Source: Eledone cirrhosa (lineage: Eukaryota). From it: a stretch of DNA of 64,000 bases. Below the pieces are notes generated by a model. The model saw nothing but the letters and a program-made list of their open reading frames with translations, made no database searches and had not been told where the DNA came from. The stretch lies in the NCBI GenBank assembly GCA_964016885.1, contig OZ024746.1, positions 27,962,001-28,026,000 on the forward strand, written 5' to 3'. A program made the translations under genes and the position numbers. Position 1 is the first letter of the stretch. Each line of letters opens with the position of its first letter. Positions 57,741 to 64,000 of the stretch are shown here, one piece after another.

Positions 57741-58480
57741 AAATATACTTATAAATATTATCCAAGGGTGGTGGATTGGCAGTATCGGTAGAGAGTTGGA
57801 CACCATGCTTTGCAGCATAGAGTTACAGTCCTTTATCGTCTGAGTTCAAATCCCACCGAGGTAAACTTTGCCTTTCATCCTTACGGGGTCGATAAAATAA
57901 AGTACCAGTAACGCACTGGGTAATTACTGGCCTTGTGCTAAAAGTAGAAACAATTATCTCTATAATATTAAAACTCATTATAACAATAGACCCAATACTA
58001 TTAAAACTCACTATAATTAGTAGTATCTCTCGCTTTTTAAAATTAATATTCTACCACTTCAAACATTTGTAATTCTCATATTATATTATAGATACTCCCA
58101 AAATATATAATTCTATAATTAAATAAATAAATATAATTATTTCACTCTCTTTACACCATCACTAATACGATCCATACAATTATATATTAATAATAATAGT
58201 CTATTTCTAACTCTAATATACTTTTTTCTTATATTCTTTCCTTAAATTTTCTTTCACCCTAATATTAATATTAACCTCTTTCTCTTCTTCCCTTAAAAAA
58301 TAATCCTAATAATTATATAAATTTACCCACAGTCTCAATATTACGATCTTTTTCAACTTTACGTTATCCTCATTAACATATTCATCTTAAGATATGAAAT
58401 TTTTTTCACTATTCAAACAGAACTTAAAGCGATAAGTTCTTGTTTTGGGGATTTGTCACTTTCTGTAAAACAACTTTTGT

Positions 58481-58537
58481 ATTTTATCTGATGAGGGCGT
58501 GCCAAAATTTTGGTACCTTTGAAATATATAATAAAAT
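58481..58537 (+). ncRNA. Minimal hammerhead (family C)
   Basis: ATTTTAT-CTGATGA-GGGCGTGCCAAA..TTTGGTACCTTT-GAAA-TATA-TA-ATAAAAT. Confidence 0.8.
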
Positions 58538-58792
58538 AAATATGGTTTTATAAAGATAGTTTCCATTTATTAATATTATTGATATATATATATATATATA
58601 TAACAGATTAGAGCAAACATCACGGGGGCGCTCTATCTCAAAATTATTTTTGAAAAGCATTAGAAATGCGCAAGCGGTAAAAACTTAAAACTAAAACTGA
58701 ATACTAACGAATACTTATTACTAATTTTTACTTATTCCTAATTAAACTATTTTTCGCTGGGAACAACTTGTCAACATTTTCTTTTCCTTTTA

Positions 58793-58855
<63 letters not shown>

Positions 58856-58859
<4 letters not shown>

Positions 58860-59697
58860 CTTCGTCAGTGATTTTCCAACCATCATTGGTATTTCATCGC
58901 ATTAAAAATCAGATACCTCAGGTTGGTGCGAGCAATAACTAAAAAATGTTATTGGGACCAGAATTCGCGTAAGGCGAGGGGGACAAGTAAACAACATAGA
59001 AGGATAAAAGCAAACCGAAGATAGGAAAATAAACAAGCAACATGGTTGTCCGGTCAGCATAAGCTGCGTGGATTTCATGAGCGGGAGAGGTACATACCGT
59101 GTTGATGTGTGTGAGATGTGAGCAAGAAGAGATCCACACAAGCCAAACGGGAGGAAGTGAGAAGGGGAGAAACAGAGAGTGAGTGAGTGGAAGTGTGAGG
59201 AAGAGGTCAGTCGAGAGAAAGTGTAACTGATAGAGGGGGCGAAAGAAGTCTGTTTCTCTCACCTTCTTTCGCCCCCTCTGTCAGTTACACTTTCTCTCGA
59301 CTGACCTCTTCCTCACACTTCCACTCACTCACTCTCTGTTTCTCCCCTTCTCACTTCCTCCCGTTTGGCTTGTGTGGATCTCTTCTTGCTCACATCTCAC
59401 ACACACCAACACGGTCTGTACCTCTCTCGCTCATGAAACCCACCCAGCTTATGCTGACCGGACAACCATGTTGCTTGTTTATTTTGCTTTTATCCTTCTA
59501 TGTTGTTTACTTGTCCCCCTCGCCTTACGCGAATTCTGGTCCCAATAACATTTTTTAGTTATTGCTCGCACCAACCTGAGGTATCTGATTTTTAATGCGA
59601 TGAAATACCAATGATGGTTGGAAAATCACTGACGAAGGACTATTTTTATGATATGTAACCCATGTGCAAACCACGCAGTATTCTTCTTTCTTCTCAT

Positions 59698-59700
<3 letters not shown>
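58856..59700. mobile_element. Family H large fold-back
   Basis: Arms 58856-59248 and 59263-59642 with a 14-nt spacer; the right arm extends about 58 bp further to CTCATGTT(TA)n. Confidence 0.95.
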
Positions 59701-59775
<75 letters not shown>

Positions 59776-60213
59776 GCCTCTCTGTTTTGTTCGCGTATAA
59801 ATTTGCACTATATATATATATATACGTGGAAGAAGAAGAAGAAGAAGAAGAAGAAGAAGAAGAAGAAGAAGAAGAAGAAGAAGAAGAAGAAGAAGAAGAA
59901 GAAGAAGAAGAAGAATTTTTTAACACTTTGTAAACCATATATAAATATTGTTGTTAAACAGGACATACAATACAGCACATGTCGTTAGTAGAAGATTTAT
60001 TAGTTGAGTGAATTTGTGACAAAATAATAACAGTGGCAGTCCCTTTTCTGTCGACTTCATTGGTGGCCTCGTCTTCTCAAGTTCTCGGATCATTTCATAG
60101 TAAAACAAATGATACAGAGGAAATTTTGAATTTCCAGACGAAATATGAAGGAAAAGTTAAACCAAAAGAAAGAGGAGACACCGTTCTTAAATCTAGTGCA
60201 TTAGAATATATAT

Positions 60214-60377
60214 AGGCAAGTGGTGCTACTCAGGCAGACATTGCCCAAATACGGCCCTTGCTATTCTGAGTTCAAATCCCGCCGAGGTTAACTTTGCCTT
60301 TCATCCTTACGGGGTCGATAAAATAAAGTACCAGTAATGCTCTCGGTAATTGCTGGCCTTGTGCCAAAATTAGAAAC

Positions 60378-60382
<5 letters not shown>
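60214..60382 (+). mobile_element. Major SINE (altered head)
   Basis: GAGTTCAAATCCCGCCGAGG..core..GAAACAATTA. Confidence 0.85.
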
Positions 60383-60423
<41 letters not shown>

Positions 60424-60455
<32 letters not shown>

Positions 60456-60920
60456 CCGTTTTACGTCCGTTCTTCCACTCTAGCATGGGTTAGACGGGTT
60501 GTCCTGTTGTGGGCAGTGTCTGGTCGGCTGACTATGCCTTGCTGATACAGGAACTGATTTGGCTTGGTTTCTACAGCTGGATACCCTTCCTAACACCAAC
60601 CTCATTTACAGTGAGTGCTGGGTGCTTTTTCGTGGCGCCTACACGTCCACTTTACAGTGTGGGCTGGGTGCTTTTTTGCCGTGGCACCTCCACGACCACC
60701 TTGCAGTGGGGGGTGTGGGGGCATATTGTCTATATACTTCAGCTTGTACCCATGGGAGGTCGGGTACTCTGTATTACTGCGTGACGCCAGAGGTCACGGT
60801 CGTGTGTCATCGCCTTTGAGAGGTATAATTGGGTAAGGTCGGCTTTTATCACCTCATCCCAGGTCATCTTGGGTCTCCCCACTCCGCGGTTTCCATCGAC
60901 TTCTAGTGCTCTGCACCTTT
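60424..60920 (-). mobile_element. RTE-like LINE 3' end with (ATG)n tail
   Basis: Minus strand KRCRALEVDG..GVGRPKMTWDEVIKADL; (CAT)n on the plus strand at 60424-60455. Confidence 0.7.
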
Positions 60921-61472
60921 TTATATATATATTTTTTTATATATATATATATATATTTATTAAACTAACAGAATAAAGTTTAAGCAAAGAATCGCTGCTT
61001 TCACCCTTAACGGGATCTTCTGAAACTCTGTTATTTTAATAAATATTTGCTCTACGGTTCTTATATTTTTGATATATAATTATCCTTATCGACCCTCTTT
61101 GGATTTTAGTCTTCAAATTTATTATTATTACTATATATATATATATGAGACTTGGGGTGAGGAATGGAGGATTAATTGTGATAACCAGGCGAAAATAACT
61201 GTATGGGTGTATGTGTGTGTGCATGTATGTACCTATGTATGTACATATGTGTGTATGTATGTAAGTCTGACCAGGCAGGCTATTTGTAATACACGCACAC
61301 ACATGCAGACATACACGTGTGTGTGTATGTGTGTATGTGCGTATGTGTATGTATGTATTGGTTATGTATTTATGTATGTTTAGATTAAAGTTCGAATCTT
61401 TATGTCGTTTTGTGAATCTATGCCAAGCCTTCTACCCCCCTCTTTCTCTCTCTCTCTCTCTCTCTCTCCCTC

Positions 61473-61508
<36 letters not shown>

Positions 61509-61692
61509 ACCCTCTTCTCTCTACATTCTTCTCTATATTTCTCTCTTTTTTTCGCTCCGTCTCTCTTTTACTATTTCCCCAGAGAAATATAGATAACGCT
61601 ACATTAAATTGCAGTTCCCGTAAAATATTCATGAGCAATGTCGGTTTATGTACAACAATTCTGTTTCTCTTCTCGTTAGTTCTTGATATATA

Positions 61693-61742
<50 letters not shown>

Positions 61743-61931
61743 TGTGTGTGTGTGTGCGTGCGTGTGTGTTTGTGTGCGTGCGTGTGTGTTTGTGTGCGTG
61801 TGTGTGAGTATATGCGTGTGCTCTTGTGTGTGTATTCGGCTAGCTTCGTAAACCAGGATTGTATATATATGTGCGTGTGTGAGTGTGTGCGAGCGTGTGT
61901 GTACATATAGATGCGTGTATGGCTATTTGTA

Positions 61932-62001
<70 letters not shown>

Positions 62002-62065
62002 TCAAGGTTTAGCAAATAAGAAAAAGTTTCAAAATAAATTTTAAAAAATATGTCTGTGTATTTGC

Positions 62066-62101
<36 letters not shown>

Positions 62102-63146
62102 GCAAATACACAGACACATATACATATACATATATATTTATATGTGTGTGTGTGAGAGTTTCTGTGTGTAGTGTGTGTATAGTGTTTGCGGAGATTTTTT
62201 TCCAATTCAAATATAAGGTTATATAGAGTGACATTGAGTGTGACTGAATTACTTCCGTTGCATGTGATAATTCCCTACCTAGGAGAATTGAATTTCTGCT
62301 CTATCCTCACCTCCCATCACCATCCAAATCATACCACCACCTCCCATCACCCTCACTGTGATACCTCTAAGAACACACCACCATCTCCACCAATATCACT
62401 ACCACCACTGTTACCATCCGTGTCAATTTCCAGTTAATGTCGACCGCTCATGTGTACTGATAAATTGCTAACTCACACAGAGAGAGTCCAGATAATAAAT
62501 AAGTTTGCTTGAAAACAAGAATGAATGTGAAAATATTTCACACAAACAGGATGAAATTACCCGACATAAAAAATGCTTTGTTTTCGATGTAAAAGAAACA
62601 AAAACAACTCAACATATATTTAATAGCTGAGTGTCATTCCAGCGAGGATTCATGTCAGATGTTTATCCTCTGTGTTCAATATAACTACAGATATTTCATT
62701 TGTTTCCCCTACATAGAAACAGGAAACAGAAAGAAAATCACATGTTTAAAATTAACAGAATAGAGTCACAGATTTGGTGAGAAAGAAAAATGTCACGGAA
62801 AAATGGCACACTTTCGTGTAGAAAAAAAAAGAACTCTATTTTGCCAAGGAAAAATCATTTTCCTTGAATAACACTGAAAAAAGTAATTTGTTTAAAACTG
62901 TGGAAACATTTATAAAAATATAAGAGGGGAAAGAACTGAAGACACTTAAATTCCTGTACGAGTTGGGGCTAAAATACTATATACATACACACACACACAA
63001 ATATATATATATATATATAAGTGTGTGTGTGTATATATATATATGTATATACATACACACATAAACACACAAATATATATATATATATATATAAATGTGT
63101 GTGTGTGTGTGCGTATGTATGTATATATATATATATATATATATAT

Positions 63147-63480
63147 GAATAAAGTGGTCCTTCATCAGTGATCTTCCAACCATCATCGGTATTTCTTCGC
63201 TTTAAAGACCATATACCTCCGGTTGGTGCGAGCAACGGCTAAAGAAAGTCGTTGGGAAACGTAAATAAAGGGAACAGCGAGAGTGTAAACAAACAAAGAT
63301 GGTGAAGCAACGAAAAGTGAGGAAGAACGAGTCAAGTCCCAAATTTCCATGAATATAAGTTCGGTGAAATCGTGAACGAGAGAGAATAAAGACCATCAAA
63401 CCTATATAGTGAAGTGTGAAGAATAACAACATCAGGTGAGTCTAAAGGCCGCTGATCGCTAGAAATTGCGTCACTCGACC
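63147..63480. mobile_element. Family H copy
   Basis: Aligns with 1926-2190 and 25182-25420. Confidence 0.8.
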
Positions 63481-63536
63481 TTAATTACAGTGCATGTGTC
63501 TGATCAAATAATCGGAATACATATTTTATATATATA

Positions 63537-63789
63537 TAACATCAGGAAATAAGTGAGTATATTCCTAATTAAACGTTCGGGGTGCTAACTAATTGTATTG
63601 TGTGGAAAATTGGCTGTATTATTTCATATGAGACATATCGAATATATCTCTCTTATATATATACAATACAATTAGTTAGCACCCCGAACGTTTAATTAGG
63701 AATATACTCACTTATTTCCTAATGTTAGTTGAGTGAGTTGGAATTTGGCCGGAGTATCACTAAAAGCTTTCTCCGACAATGTATTTATT

Positions 63790-63790
<1 letters not shown>
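63537..63790. mobile_element. TA-flanked fold-back, family J
   Basis: Arms about 63537-63601 and 63663-63727; the right arm extends about 60 bp further. Confidence 0.85.
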
Positions 63791-63863
<73 letters not shown>

Positions 63864-64000
63864 AAGATCGGAATTAAGAGTATTCCGCAGATCACTGTAA
63901 TAATAATAATTGTATTAGCTCAAAGAAGAATAAAGAATTTCCTTCTTAGCTCAAATGCAAATATATATTACACAAAGAGAAGTGTATTACACAGCGAGAT

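Larger units (their letters stand above)
56068..58585. mobile_element. 2.5-kb family C fold-back PLE derivative
   Basis: Arms about 56157-56851 and 57735-58585. HHRs at 56202-56260 (-) and 58481-58537 (+). SINE inserts at about 56491-56612 and 57764-57952. Confidence 0.85.

Noticed and set aside
59600-59645. GAAA..CTGACGA-AGGAC in family H as a permuted hammerhead
   Set aside because: Could not build stems I-III with a valid NUH site in any copy.
59920-60215. Short non-repetitive ORFs on both strands
   Set aside because: No recognisable motifs; lengths consistent with chance.
60990-61030. Family I minus-strand CAGAAGA-tCCC..GGGt-GAAA
   Set aside because: Core is CAGA rather than CUGA in both copies, and there is no clear cleavage triplet.

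Overview
AT-rich, microsatellite-saturated animal DNA with no recognisable intact host gene. Almost all listed ORFs are translations of simple repeats. The SINE and RTE families resemble those of octopod cephalopods (inference from recalled motifs, not searched). Contents: two non-autonomous Helitrons, decayed RTE and restriction-like-endonuclease LINE fragments, about 15 copies of a tRNA-derived SINE, and three Penelope-like element (PLE) coding remnants (one RT/thumb, two GIY-YIG). The dominant hidden structure is a set of short non-coding elements from about 10 sequence families inserted in (TA)n tracts. Many are head-to-head fold-backs with one long and one short arm, and at least 12 minimal type I hammerhead ribozyme (HHR) motifs from six families can be folded by eye. 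Two loci are partial tandems compatible with copying from a circular or multimeric RNA: a 466-bp unit with twin HHRs (44404-45231) and a 271-bp unit carrying a tRNA-like Pol III cassette (33113-33842). All coordinates and pairings were read manually and may be off by a few bases.
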